Shown here one piece after another: positions 13,686-26,102 of a stretch of DNA of 64,000 bases. The stretch lies in the NCBI GenBank assembly GCA_004764695.1, contig SMSO01000007.1, positions 682,001 to 746,000 on the forward strand, in the 5' to 3' direction. Below the pieces are notes generated by a model. That model was not told the origin of the DNA. It saw nothing but the letters and a program-made list of their open reading frames with translations, and made no database searches. Every line of letters begins with the position of its first letter. Positions within the stretch are counted from its first letter, which is position 1. The stretch is from Schizochytrium sp. TIO01 (taxonomy: Eukaryota; Protista; Bigyra: Labyrinthulomycetes). Both the position numbers and the translations under genes were made by a program.

Positions 13686-16544
13686 TCCTTGCTCATTGTT
13701 GATTATGCTGGTTTTCGTTTCTTATGTTGCCTAGGATTATCGTCTTGATTCACTATGTCAATCAAATACACGGGTGGCAAACGGCAACAAATCAGTAATA
13801 TGTAGATGAGCAACATAACATCCAACCCACCAATTTACTTGCCCCTTCATTGAATTGCAAACAAAACTAAGATACTAAACAAAACATACCTGCTTGAAAT
13901 CCACAACATCTCGTTTCAATATTATGTCGAGTACAGTTTTGGAGAAATAAATTTGATCCAAAGTCGGTTCTGTATACAACAGTGGTTCTTTCTCCCAAAG
14001 GCCACATTAAACTTGGACTCTTATGGTAATTCGCCAACAAACAACCTAAGAATCAATCATAGCTTAAATCAATATTACCTTAATTACTACCTTATTCTCT
14101 CGATGGAGATATATTACAGTTGATCCATGACCTATACAACTTACTCGACATTTGTGTGAATTTGACCTCGGCATGTTAAGGTAAGGGTGGAAGATACAAT
14201 CATGCTGTCGTGCTGTACAGCCCTCGACATCACATATAACTTGACGCTTGAACAAACTATATTTTTTGATGGATTACCTCTACCGATCCAGTCGTGAGCT
14301 ATGATAGGCAGCTTGAACGAGAACATATTTATTCAACTCACGATGGTAGTAGTGTAAAATTCATTTGTCAAATATTTAATATTTTGCCTCAATTCTTCGA
14401 CAACGAACAAATCGAGCGTGTGTTCACCTTCACAGCTCATATTCTAGTTCCAACAAGACAGGTCAACATCTTAGGCAGCCTACAAAGGGGATCAATGGGT
14501 TATGTGTCAATAAAATGTAGTATTCTTTACACAAACAAAAGTCTTTAACAAATTACACGAGACAATACGGTTAATATTTTGTGAGTTAGAGAGTATATGA
14601 GCTATCCGTTGGACTCCCCACGCCCAAGAACCTTTAAAAAAAGAAAAGAATAGCGACTCGTGGAAAGAAAGAATACTTGTCTATGTCACGTCCAGCGTTA
14701 AGTTTGCTACTATGGTTGAGAAAGCAGGCGTGAGTTAGATCGGGTAATATGAGCTAATTGAGCCTCGATTGCGTCCGCGTTGGCAATCGCCCTCCAAATC
14801 TTGCTCCACACTTTTATTATTTTATAATTATTCTATTTGTTTTATATGTGATCTTTTTACTATAAACACAGAATTTGAAATTCACCTTGGATGGAAGTCT
14901 TTCCATGTTTTCAGGAAGGAATTTGATTGGAATCGAGGAAGCATCTTTCTACTTGCTGTAAAGTAGCATGCTCTACTGTTCGATACTTTTATCATATGCA
15001 ATAAACGTGTTTGAGTTGCAATCTGTGATTTGTTTCTTCCTTTGCTGATTGGGAAACAATCATGTTTCTGCATAGCGCATGAAGCGGAGAATAATTTTTT
15101 AAAAATCAAGGAAGACCTTAAAAGTAAAGATGAATGGGAGTGACAATCAGAAGAAGAAAGAGAGTGGAGGGAGATGAGGAGATGATTATTAAAGCATTCT
15201 ATTTTTTAAAAGCATGGTACTTTGATATCCTCATTGACAGTATCTCTGAGTCTATTTAGTCTAATGTTATTCCTGTTCATTTTATTTTTCACTACCATGC
15301 CTTCATTCTAGTTGGACTGACACGCTGACATTGAGAACGATCGTACCCGTGCAGCTGCGACAAAATGAGAACATTTTTGAATTAAATAGCCTGAGATGAT
15401 AACTTGATATATTTTTAATTAAAAACAGTGATAAAGATTAAAGAGGTACTAGGTCTAATAATCGCACCATGAATGGTTTGAAAAAGCAGCATATTTTTCT
15501 TATTGAAGAAACCGATCGTGACTTGAAAACTGATTTATATTTTTAAAAATACCTTAAATAAAGTAATAAATATAAATATAAATATATTATTTTATATTAT
15601 AAATCACAGTATCCTATTTGTTATATGTAATATTTAAAATGAGTGAGAATAGTCCCGTTGAGTTTCTTTGAAGGTAACGAAAACAATCATAGGTTGGAAG
15701 AACAAAAGAAAAGGACATTTTAAAAGGCTCAAGTTAATGTTTGCTATAGTATAATAATAATGGAATAGGATGCAATATGCAAGGTAAGTGCGCGCGGGAA
15801 GAAGCCAAACGCTACATCTACACACCAAAAAGACACACCCACTCACTCAGCAAAGACTAGCTTAAGACTTTTTTTGGTAGCTATATACCGACTCTATGTA
15901 CTGCTTGCTTCTTCTTTCCGAAAATCAGTCTCACTGAGTCTTTAACGAAAGGATTAAAAAACCTTTCAATATGGGTAAATAAAAAATATACAGCAAATTA
16001 TTTAAAAGTAAGTATAGAATATACTAGTTCGTATTACTGACACTGAGAGGAACATTCAGAAAAAAAGAAAAAGAGAAAAAGAGAAAAAATGTTCTCGCGT
16101 TGAGTTGAGGTGTTTACAACAGCAAAGACCTGTCCGCACGTCGCGCGTGTCCAACACGGCGGCGTGGACTTGAGCAAACCAGTGCCCACTGATAGCAGTA
16201 TAATTCATTCTGGGTGGTATCTTGGCTGGGGAAGCGTCGAGACTGCTGTTTATCTGCATTCAAGCTCAGGAAGACTTGCACCAAGAAGGCTGGGTTGTTA
16301 GACGCACTACAGGGCATTCTCTAGTTCTCAGGGCCGGGCGCGGAGTATTATTTTCATAATTGCGAATCATAATTCCTGTGCAAGGTACCTGGCTCTCTCT
16401 TGTAAGTCAGAGTGACGAGGGTGACGGGGTTTCTTGCGTGTGGCACCTTTCATAAAATCAAAGTTTGTCATCACGCCAGCTCGTCTGCGTTAGGAGGCGT
16501 ATTCGGTAGACAGAATCCTGCCTGTTTAGAGGGACAGTGACACC

Positions 16545-17105
16545 ATGCCTCAGGACACACCACTTCACAAGGCTGCGAATCAAGGAGATTTGGAGGCATG
16601 TAAAGATCTTCTTGATGCTGGTGAAACTGATGTGAATGCTCCTGGTGCAGCGGAAAGAACTGCTTTACAGCGTGCTGTTGGTGGAAATCATCTCGAGCTT
16701 GCAAAACTGCTTATCGAGCGAGGGGCAGACGTGCACAAGACCGATAAGTCTGGCCGCACTGCGCTTCACTGGGCTGCTATTGGTGGTCATCATGAACCTG
16801 TTCAATTGCTTCTAGATCATGGTGCTGACATAAATGCAAAGACAACATCTGGAATGACTGCCCTACACGGTGTCGTGGAGGGGAATAGATTGGAATGCGC
16901 AAATGTCCTCATTGGTTACCACGAGAAAGTTGTTGCGGGGGAGATCCAAGGGAAGGAACTCGATTTTGATGCAGTAGATGCAGACGGCAAGACTGCGCTC
17001 ATGATCGCCAAAGAGCAGAAGCTCCCCGAACTCTTTAAAATGTGTAAGGAGAAGCGCTTACTTAAACCTGGAGAAAACGTTAACGGCGCATGCGTCATTT
17101 CCTAG
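16545..17105 (+). CDS. Ankyrin-repeat protein with C-terminal CaaX box (CVIS)
   Basis: About 5 ANK repeats (TPLHKAA, TALQRAV, TALHWAA, TALHGVV, TALMIA); ends in GACVIS*. Confidence 0.9.
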   Translation: MPQDTPLHKAANQGDLEACKDLLDAGETDVNAPGAAERTALQRAVGGNHLELAKLLIERGADVHKTDKSGRTALHWAAIGGHHEPVQLLLDHGADINAKTTSGMTALHGVVEGNRLECANVLIGYHEKVVAGEIQGKELDFDAVDADGKTALMIAKEQKLPELFKMCKEKRLLKPGENVNGACVIS

Positions 17106-17845
17106 GGAGTTTGACTGGGTCATATTGTCATTGGCTGACTTCATTCGTTTTCACTATCCTTTCTCCATCGTCATCTCCAATTATCTTTTCTTCTCATCTC
17201 TTTCTAACTTGTTGACATCAGTTTTGTCGACAACCTCTATAACAAGACGGACACCAATTCTGCTTTTTTCTCATACATTCTCATTTTAGTATCTCTGCTC
17301 CACGCAGTATCTGTCAACAATGTGTTTTTTTCGCCTTGTTTGATTTAGCTTCGTTTCCTCTACCATCATGCATTCTCTCCTTTAAGCAGTTTTGCCTCCT
17401 GAGCCATGGTTCTATTTGCATTTGTTCAAGCAAGGCATATGACTCTTCTTCTATAGAGAAATAATACACATCAACATTTATTGTGAAATTATACATTTAA
17501 CTGCGTTCTTGTCTAATGCTAATGGAATGAAAGTGTAGACCAATGTTTGGAGGTTCTACAGAATATATAATCACACCCCGTCAGCACCAGTTGCTCTTGT
17601 AAAGGGCATTTATTCTATAAGGCAAATGCTTGAACTATAACCTGGTTTTATGTTTCGTCGCTTAGTGATTAAAAACATAATATATTAACCGTCTCGTCGA
17701 CATTCACATTTTCCATACTTCTGCTCGGGAATTTCTCATATACAGGTTTGGATCCAAGGGTCTCCTTCCCTTCCATACATGGTTACATGTTGCGCGTGCA
17801 CGAAATTTGCAATGCCTCTAGAGGGAGTGCGCTTATGACTTGCTT

Positions 17846-19975
17846 TCACAAATGGGTCGACCGACGCATAGCCTGAAGTTTCTGGGCCAGAGACCGCATA
17901 CTAACCCAGTCGTCATCACGCTGACGCTCTAACATATATGCGGAAGAGCCCCCTGAGGGTCGGGCAACGACACTAGGGTACAAGGATTCGACTCCACATG
18001 TTACTGACTGCACTGAAGATCCTCTTTGGGTAGGCGGTTCCTGACTACCAAACCAGGAGTTCGAAACGGTCAGGTTTGACAAAGCTTCAGGGCGATCTTG
18101 CAGGGGAACTTGTTGCTCCTTTGATGCCATAGCCTGCTTGTCTTCTTTAAAGGGGAGGTGGCTGTGTTGATAAATTACTAGGTAGGTTACATCCTCCGCA
18201 TTCGAAAAATCTGTTGCTCGGGCGTGATGAGCCGAGCGCTGGCAGCCGTCGCGAGAGCTAGTCCCTTTTACAAAATATTTTGGCGGGGCATTTGTATGCC
18301 CTGCACAGCAAGGGTAGACTCGATTCTCAGAATACGAAGCATTGCCAAGTTCTGGGTTTAAAACAGTTTCTTGTGTTTTCAAATGTGGATGTAGACGGCA
18401 GTGGTGGCTTGTAGGCCCATCAAACAAGCTTTCGCAATTTGTGCAACGGAAAAGCCTTGTTACGCCCCATAATGTCCAGTAAATCTTCTTCCAAGAATGC
18501 CCCGATGTTTGTCGGGCAGCTACAATGAAATCTCTAACCACATCCCATTCAGGTTGTGCCTCATGACTTTGACAAAGCCGTCCATGAAAGTCTACACCAG
18601 CTGGCGCTTGTGGACAAACAAGGTTTTCTGAAAAGCGTTGAGAAAAGAGATTCGAACAGAATTTACACTTTGCGAGTTTGGCACCGTGCTTGCTCAGAAG
18701 ATGTTCTGTGCGGATACGAAAGAGTGAGCCGACAATTTTGTTTCTTGGGTCTGAGACTCCGATCAAAGACCCAAGCGGAATAGAGCTGGCAATTTGCTTC
18801 ACCATCGAAGGCGTAAGGCATTTTAGGTCTACAGGTAATGTTACAATTTCTGCCAAATTTGCTACTACAAAGTTAATAGCCTCACTAACCAAAGTTGTCA
18901 TACCAAGGAAGTCTGACGCAATCAAAACGGAAACCACATTTCGAATTTCCAAATACGCCTCATTTGGGGCACGAATTCGACGCATTAGCCACTCAAAAAT
19001 ATGCACATCACAGTGTACGGATATGTCCATTTTGTGCAGGTCTTTCAGGTATGGTTTGAAGTAAGGCATTTCTTTGACCAGAACTTCCTTGTCGCAGTGG
19101 AAATCACGCGTCAACTTGTGAGCTTTATCTCGTACGTGGATCACTACCTCGCGCCTGCGCATTTTCATGGGACTCTTATGGTTTGACACAGCACTTGGGT
19201 GATCAGGACTTCTGGGTGACCTCCCAGCCTTTAACATCAACTTTGAAGCTTGGTCAGCTTTCTGAGTTTCTTCTTTGGGTGGCAACGAGCTGGGAAGTAG
19301 CATACTTGAGGCAGAAGTTTCTTCTGGGCCTTTTGTGAGACTTGATAATGTATGTGAAGAAATTGACTGGGATTGCGCATTAGCAGCTACTTCCCTTTTA
19401 TGCGAAGGCGACCTAGTTTGTGACTCTGGATAATTCTTGCTGTTCCCTATGGAGCTAACACATATCTCATGGCGATTCTGTTGTTCAGTCCTTTCTGAAG
19501 TGTCCTTCTGCGATTCATACGCCATACCAGTGGCCTGCTTAAAGTTCCCATATTGTTTCAAATCCATGTTATTCCCACTTAGCCCAGAGCATACATTTCT
19601 ATTGGAAACCCTTCTATCATAGCTTTTATAGTGTTGTTCACGACAAGATTCTTCATCAACACAGGCCTCATGTATCGTTGACACGCCAGAATCTACACTA
19701 AGGTGCTTAACGGCTTGCAATGGGTTAGTCTGTGCTCGCGCAACACCAGTTCCTTCCTGGAAAGAAAGGTTTTTTGTATGATCAGGACCAGTGACGGTTG
19801 CGTCACAAGGTGTTGCTCGAATCCCTGCGTGCTCAGCCTGAAGAGCACGCAAGTTTTCTTCTTGTTGTTGTTTGCGCCGCAGTGCAATTCCAGCAGATAC
19901 AGATGGTTTGAGACGTTCCATCCCACTCAGTGAGGAGCTGGAGCGTCCACCAGTGTGCTCAAGTAAAGACTGCAT
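17846..19975 (-). CDS. SANBR/KIAA1841-like (DUF3342, BTB-like) protein
   Basis: VIHVRD..K..RDFHC...LVKEMPYF, DISVHCDVHIFEWLM and NVVSVLIASDFLGM, followed by Cys/His clusters. First in-frame ATG is 19975. Confidence 0.85.
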   Translation of the reverse strand: MQSLLEHTGGRSSSSLSGMERLKPSVSAGIALRRKQQQEENLRALQAEHAGIRATPCDATVTGPDHTKNLSFQEGTGVARAQTNPLQAVKHLSVDSGVSTIHEACVDEESCREQHYKSYDRRVSNRNVCSGLSGNNMDLKQYGNFKQATGMAYESQKDTSERTEQQNRHEICVSSIGNSKNYPESQTRSPSHKREVAANAQSQSISSHTLSSLTKGPEETSASSMLLPSSLPPKEETQKADQASKLMLKAGRSPRSPDHPSAVSNHKSPMKMRRREVVIHVRDKAHKLTRDFHCDKEVLVKEMPYFKPYLKDLHKMDISVHCDVHIFEWLMRRIRAPNEAYLEIRNVVSVLIASDFLGMTTLVSEAINFVVANLAEIVTLPVDLKCLTPSMVKQIASSIPLGSLIGVSDPRNKIVGSLFRIRTEHLLSKHGAKLAKCKFCSNLFSQRFSENLVCPQAPAGVDFHGRLCQSHEAQPEWDVVRDFIVAARQTSGHSWKKIYWTLWGVTRLFRCTNCESLFDGPTSHHCRLHPHLKTQETVLNPELGNASYSENRVYPCCAGHTNAPPKYFVKGTSSRDGCQRSAHHARATDFSNAEDVTYLVIYQHSHLPFKEDKQAMASKEQQVPLQDRPEALSNLTVSNSWFGSQEPPTQRGSSVQSVTCGVESLYPSVVARPSGGSSAYMLERQRDDDWVSMRSLAQKLQAMRRSTHL

Positions 19976-20108
19976 TATTTTGCTTCTTGGCACTGTTTTT
20001 CATGAACTGTTTGTTTACCGCTCCTGAAGTACTTATTGTAACTGCCAAAATATTTTAAAACAGCAATAGGTTATAATATGGGTGGTTACATGTTATTAAC
20101 CAAAAAAA

Positions 20109-21052
20109 TGCAGAACTTGCGTTTCCTATGGTGACGTGGGGCTAAGGTTCAATCGCAGGTTAAAACCTAACTCGCAACTCCAAAAAAATTCTTAATCATA
20201 TCTTTGGATAGGTAGTGCAAAGAATGCCTCTGGGGGCATGGATATCACGATCACCTACATGTTTGCATTTTTGGGATGTCCTTGAACACCTTGAATGTTC
20301 CGAGCTTGTTGTCACATTCATTGCATGGTTTCGAAGTGCAATCATCTCGGGAATAACCAACTTACACCACTGGTAGGGGGTAAGCTTGGCTTTGTGAATG
20401 AGCACTTGGCGGAGGTCAATGAACGACACATCATTCCAGCTGTCTCGATTTGATCCATGTTGTTAACTTGTTGAGGTTTCAAATTTAGGCAATCGTAGTT
20501 TTCACAGAGCCAAAGCACAAGGTAGTCCAGTATGGCGCGCAAGCCAGGTCTTTTGAAATTGATCACTCTACTAATGTCTTTGTAGACGGCGGAGGTGTCT
20601 GGATAGGCACGCTGGAGGTCATCAATCTCTGGCATTTGACATTCTCTTTTTGCTTGGTTGACACTCTGGCGTAGATAATAGTACGGCCAGTGCTGTATTG
20701 CTCGCGGGCGCCGAAATAAACCGCAGTCATAGGGATGCTCAATGTTGTCACTTGCTGAGATGCCAAACTTCTGGTTAAAGTACTTTGCTAGCTTGAATTA
20801 AAGGTTGACTTAACTTATAGTGTTTGGAACTTGGTGGTTCCTTATTCATGCCATTTTATTACCTAATCTCCAATTCTTAACAAAGTACTTTGATAATTTG
20901 AATTGAAGGTTTGATTTATTTGTAGTGTCTAAAGCTTGTTGGTTCCTTGGCCATGCCATTTTCTTACCTAGCCTCCACTTAATAATTATAATATATCATT
21001 CATATGGAATAGTTACTACCATTTAGTGGTGATAAAAGCTCGAACATTTTCA
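20109..21052 (-). mobile_element. Degenerate, internally deleted non-autonomous IS607/Fanzor2 copy
   Basis: Remnant peptides GRTIIYARVSTKQKE and DDLQRAYPDTSAVYKDI (TnpA) are joined directly to LWLCENY, LIHKA, WCKLV and CKHVGDRDIHAPRGIL (Fanzor C-terminus). Both non-coding ends are homologous to the 38-40 kb element. Confidence 0.9.
20777..20985. repeat. ~105-bp diverged tandem duplication of the TnpA start region
   Basis: aaagtactttg...ggttcctt...catgccattt..tacct occurs at 20777-20880 and again at 20882-20985. Confidence 0.85.
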
Positions 21053-23548
21053 TAGATACAAAATAAAATATACAAGCACTAGTATGTAGGTTGCGATTTT
21101 GTTCAAGCGAGTCAAGTAAACGCTGCGTTCGAGTCTAGAAAATATTATTCCTGGATAAACAAGCGAGGTACTTCGAGCTGTAAACTGTAGGGTGCTATCT
21201 CTGTAGCTTTGGGCACATGTGTAAATTCGACGCATCTGTATCAAGAAATGAATAGAATCTTGGGTTAAAGACACTCTCACTAGCCACATGCTGCTCCTAT
21301 CAATCCTTTTGCTTGGGCAGCAACCCAAGTCGAGAGCAGATCCTAGTTCCTGAAGATGTTTTCATATGTTATTTATCGCTGCCAATTGACATGCCTAGCT
21401 AAATAGAAAAGAAAAAGAAACCGAGAGAATATCGTCTCTATTCTCTCAAGCAGAATTACTATTGCAAGTGGGTCTAGAGGTATTGTATTTGCGAATTGGC
21501 ATAGGTACTAGGTATGGAGATTTTGGCTACGCTATTTCCGAGCTTATCTTAGTCCTAAAACTATTAGATTTGGCAAGATTGTATATCTATACAAAGCCCA
21601 TGGAATACCTTTTCATGATGATTTCTCTATACGGCAAATCCAATTTTTGGTGCCATTTGTTTCTCAGGATGTACAACACAAGTATAAATTTCAAGTGAGC
21701 CACTTTGCTACAATAGACAGTCATCTTTATGGCTCAGTCTTCATTTTTCGCTTGTTGAATTACGCCTACGTGGCATGGGCGTAAATAAAAACAAGAAGTC
21801 AAAGCCGGATAGCTGCTCTTTTAGGTCACGTGGTTGCTCCTGTAATTGCTTTCGACTTATATTCTGGTTAGCTTTCGGCAGTTTAAAATTAGCTCAGTGA
21901 CCAGATTTGGCAAACATACTCTTGATGTGCAAACAATATTTAATCATGCCTTCGGGCACGTTGCAATAAACTAAATAAAATGTTACAACATGAAGATTAC
22001 TCCTAAACGAACTCTGTCACGTGCGATTAGAAGACGCCTATACAATTTGGTCTACTGCTCTTCAGGCTTCAAACAAAACGTCCAAGCTTTGTTTGCAGGC
22101 ATACCTGGGCTTCGCAGGATACGTAGGAACTGTCTGTCATTCACTATCTGCGGCATGAATTATTCTAAGAATTATCTTTAGAGGCCTCTTCCATCGCGGT
22201 ATCCTACAATAGGTAGGTGTAGGCGTTTGAGCAACTGAGGGGCAACTTAAGTCTTGAACTTAAGCAAACAAATTGCAACGAAGACGAGAGAAAGAGAGAT
22301 ACTAGTACCTACATCTAATTTGTCTAAGAGGTTGTACTTGCCCTTAGCTTTACCTCTTTAGTCCAGTTAATACCCTCTGTTGAAGGGAAGTTTTGCAGCC
22401 AAAATTATGAGGAGAAAATATATTCTCAACTCTTTCCCACTCAGGTAGTGTGTCATTTATGTTTTTCATATGGTTTATTTTCTTGAGTTGCAGAAAATAT
22501 TAATTGTCTCTATAGATAAATAAAATTGAATATTTTCTCTGCTGTTTCTATAGTTTACATTAGCTATTTACATAGTGTAGGAAAGAGCTATTGGTTGCAG
22601 TGGACCTCTGGCTCCACTGAGAAAATATTGTCAGTGGTGATGCCTCCACGATATTTGTCAGTGGGCCCAGAGGGAGGGGTCATGCTAAAAATATGACTGC
22701 AAATAATAAAGCTCCACCTACCTACCTACTGGATGCTGATTCTTTCGATTTAGGACTCTACTACAGGTAGATATGCGTCTAGCACATGCTTATCGCTGGG
22801 TAGTACTGGAGTGCTGCTGGTACTTAGTGGCATTACTGCAACTACTTTGCATACTACATACCTAACCCTCCTCTTTTCGTTAGAATGGTTGCATTGCATC
22901 TTTCGGTTATTGCACAATTCGTCCTCAGACGAAAGATCAACTAACCCAACGATTGAGTTTGGATCGTAAATTACACAGCTAAGTCTGTCCTGCTCTTAAG
23001 GTTTAGCAGGTAGCCTTCTGTCCTCAAGAGGCCAGGATCTTGGAATTCACCCGGACATTGCTCCGCGAGAGATTGAAAGCGATAGTTGCAGTAATAGAAG
23101 CGACTAATGCACTGCTAACAGTTGACTAGTTGCAGTGAAACTTTTCAGTAGTAGTGCGGCTAGTAGTCACCCGCAGGGCTGTTACTAGTGATTACGGTAG
23201 GTTGGGTCCTAACAGTAGCTGTCTGCGCCTGTCAGTCAGTTTGCAATATAGCGAAAACAGTAGAGTGGGTAGCAATAGTAATGTACACGCTCTGTTCCTG
23301 CATATATCAAAAATGTAAAGGAGGCTATGAGGGAATGTAAACGAAGGAAAACGAAGAAGGAAAGAAAACATCTAAACAGACAAATCAAATAGAAGACCAA
23401 GAGGTGGCAAAGTGAAAGCTCAAATGTTTCATTTGTCCATCATTCGTAAAGTAACTTGAAGTTGTAGTTTTTTATTCCAAGCTTAACATTTCTTTGTTTC
23501 TTTGTTTCTTTGTTTCATTCATTAGTCGGTTTTGTAATCAATCATTAA

Positions 23549-23613
<65 letters not shown>

Positions 23614-23615
23614 AC

Positions 23616-23646
<31 letters not shown>

Positions 23647-23700
23647 CTTAGTTAGTATGAGTGAGTGAATGAATGAATGAATGAATGAATGAATGAATGA
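23549..23700. repeat. (TTAG)n followed by (GAAT)n microsatellites
   Basis: Directly visible tandem tetramers. Confidence 0.95.
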
Positions 23701-24718
23701 GTGACTGTAAATGAGCGAAAAGAAGAAAGTCAACAAAGAGGCGCAAGCAGAGGCAAGCAGAGACGATTCCTTGGCCAGGTAGGTCACCGCCGGACGCGCG
23801 GCTGAGAGAGGCGCATCGGGGGCGCGCTACGAGAGGGGATTTGCGGACCACCTTGTTACACGCCACGCAGAGTACCGCGGGGAGGCACTGCCCTTAGAAG
23901 GGCGCTCTGCACGTCAACAGATGGAGGCTGCATGGATAGCTGGATGGCTGGATGGAGTGAATGAACGAATGAAGGAGTGAGTGAGTGAGTGAGCAGAGCA
24001 ACCTGCTGTATCTTCATTCACCCCTGTGGCTTTTTATATTCCCGCTGGGCTGGCGAGGCGCTCTGCTCCTGATCTTGCTGCTGCTGCTGCTGCTGCTCCT
24101 TCTCCAACCTGATCTTATTGATCCTCTTCTCACTCGCGGTCTTCGTGTCCGTGAGTCTATTATAATAGTCAAGAGATAGAGAGACAGGCAGGCAGAAGAA
24201 GCAGTAGGCAGTACTAGCTAGTAGCTAATACTTACTCTATGAAGTCTGCTATATGTTTCTGCGTGTCCAAGTCCGAGAGCAAACGTCCGCAGAGGAGAGG
24301 AGCACGAACGAGAGGAGGGAGTAGTAGGATAATAGAGTTGAGGAGGAGAGGGGGAGGACGCGCAATGGCACAGACACGCAGACAGGAAAATAGATAGACT
24401 ACGTTTATACATCGTATATGTGCTGAGAGAGAGATAACTGTGCGTAGTTACTTATGCACTCATAGATACGGGCCGTCCGCGAGAAAACCACTGAAAAGAA
24501 AAAGGAGAAGAATCAAAAGATGGTGAAAGCGAAGGGTACAGACAGAGGATATAGAGGGAGTGATGAGTTTGTACTACAGCTCCGAGTCCCAATGGGGAGA
24601 AAGAGGTGGATATGAAGGTTTGTGCACTGCAGAGAATCAGTCTTCACTAACTAAAATTACTTTTTATACGAAATCCACAGTACTAGACTAGATTCTTCAG
24701 GTCCCGTTCATTAGCAAA

Positions 24719-25223
24719 ATGCTCTCTGCTCTCCGCCGTTCTGCCACTGGTAAGTGTAGATATAACGCTTGTCGTCTTACAAGTGCTCAATATATGGATA
24801 CTCCGTTCTAAATTCAAAGGGAGACAAATCAATGTTCTCTCAAGAATGCAAGAATTTAACAGTAGTAGTATTATACTGCTTGGTATGGGGAATTGGGACT
24901 AACGTCTGTTTGCTTGTGTCGATTAATGCTATGCATCATAACACAAATTCGTTTCTTTGAATTGCGTAGGCACCCTCCGTGCCGCCCAGGTCCAGCGCGC
25001 CGTGGCCCCCACCACCATGCGCTCCCTCAGCGTGTACGACATCCCCACCGACCAGGACTACGTCGAGCCCCCTAAGGAGTACACTGACAAGGGTGCCCTC
25101 ATCGTGGACAACATCGCCTTCACCCTCGAGTGGGTTCTCTCCAGCCCTCCCCCCCTCCACGCCTTCGAGGAGCCCCCCATCATGTGCGAGTGGCCCGAGG
25201 GTGAGGATGGCCACCACCACTAA
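24719..25223 (+). CDS. cox1-c: Nucleus-encoded C-terminal fragment of cytochrome c oxidase subunit 1 (Cox1-c) with mitochondrial presequence; join(24719..24749,24970..25223)
   Basis: Exon 1 MLSALRRSAT + G|GTAAGT; acceptor gcgtag at 24969. R/A/S-rich presequence, then TLEWVLSSPPPLHAFEEPP, which matches the Cox1 C-terminal motif TLEW...SPP.xH.FEE.P. Confidence 0.85.
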
Positions 25224-26102
25224 GTATTAGTGTGACGGCGACGACGACACCTTGCTTGTCTTTTCTGTAAACGAGAAAAACAAAAAAAACCAACACAATC
25301 ATCACATTCTTTTTACGCACCCATCCCCTACTTACTTCTTCCTTATGCCCCATTTCCATATGTTTGTACTTCCTTCAGTACTTCTCTTGGCGTTAGCATT
25401 TAAACCTTGATTTTAGTGTAGCTTGCATGTTGTACTTCGTGTATCTACCCTTGCTGTAAACTGAGAAAGTTAGGGCAAGCAAATTCCTGATCTTTCAAGA
25501 CTCGAAGTTCCATAACTGTTGCATTCTAGGTATTCGATACTTTTAGTGTCCAGTATCACAGCTAGCTTGTACCGTTGATTGTTCTGCACATTCCTTATAG
25601 ACTTGTCCTCATGCTCACATGAACGTGTCAGAGAAGAAGAATGCTACAGTAGTTTTGCAATGTTTACTTAAAAAAGAATACATGATTTCGTATTAAGACT
25701 TTTCCCAAAGGAACTGGTAATGTGGTCTCTAAATTTATGTAACGCGGAGTTTAATACATGCGGCAAATATGGTCTGCTTTGAATTAGACGCATGAGGCTT
25801 GATCTCAATTTAGGTAAGCTGGTGAGGTGCGCACTACAGGGTGAAACTGAGTCTGTGCCGATATATGGGAAATAAATAAAAGAGAAAAACATATACAAAG
25901 AGGTCTATATAGACACATATTATCGTTTGCTTAATTTCTTTTTAGGAATAAAGTTTAGCTGTATCATGCACAACAACATTTTGATAGCTTTTCCCTTTAG
26001 CCTTCAAAATTTGTCTTTTGTAAATTGTCGTCTTTGACAACTTGAACTTTTTAATAGATTCATGATAACAATATCAATTGCATGCACTTGGGAAGGATAC
26101 AT

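Noticed and set aside
14581-14765. Short degenerate direct repeat gtgagttaga...atatgagcta
   Set aside because: Only two ~25-bp imperfect copies and no associated feature.
23549-23655. (TTAG)n as a telomere
   Set aside because: Internal tetramer adjoining other microsatellites; not TTAGGG-type.
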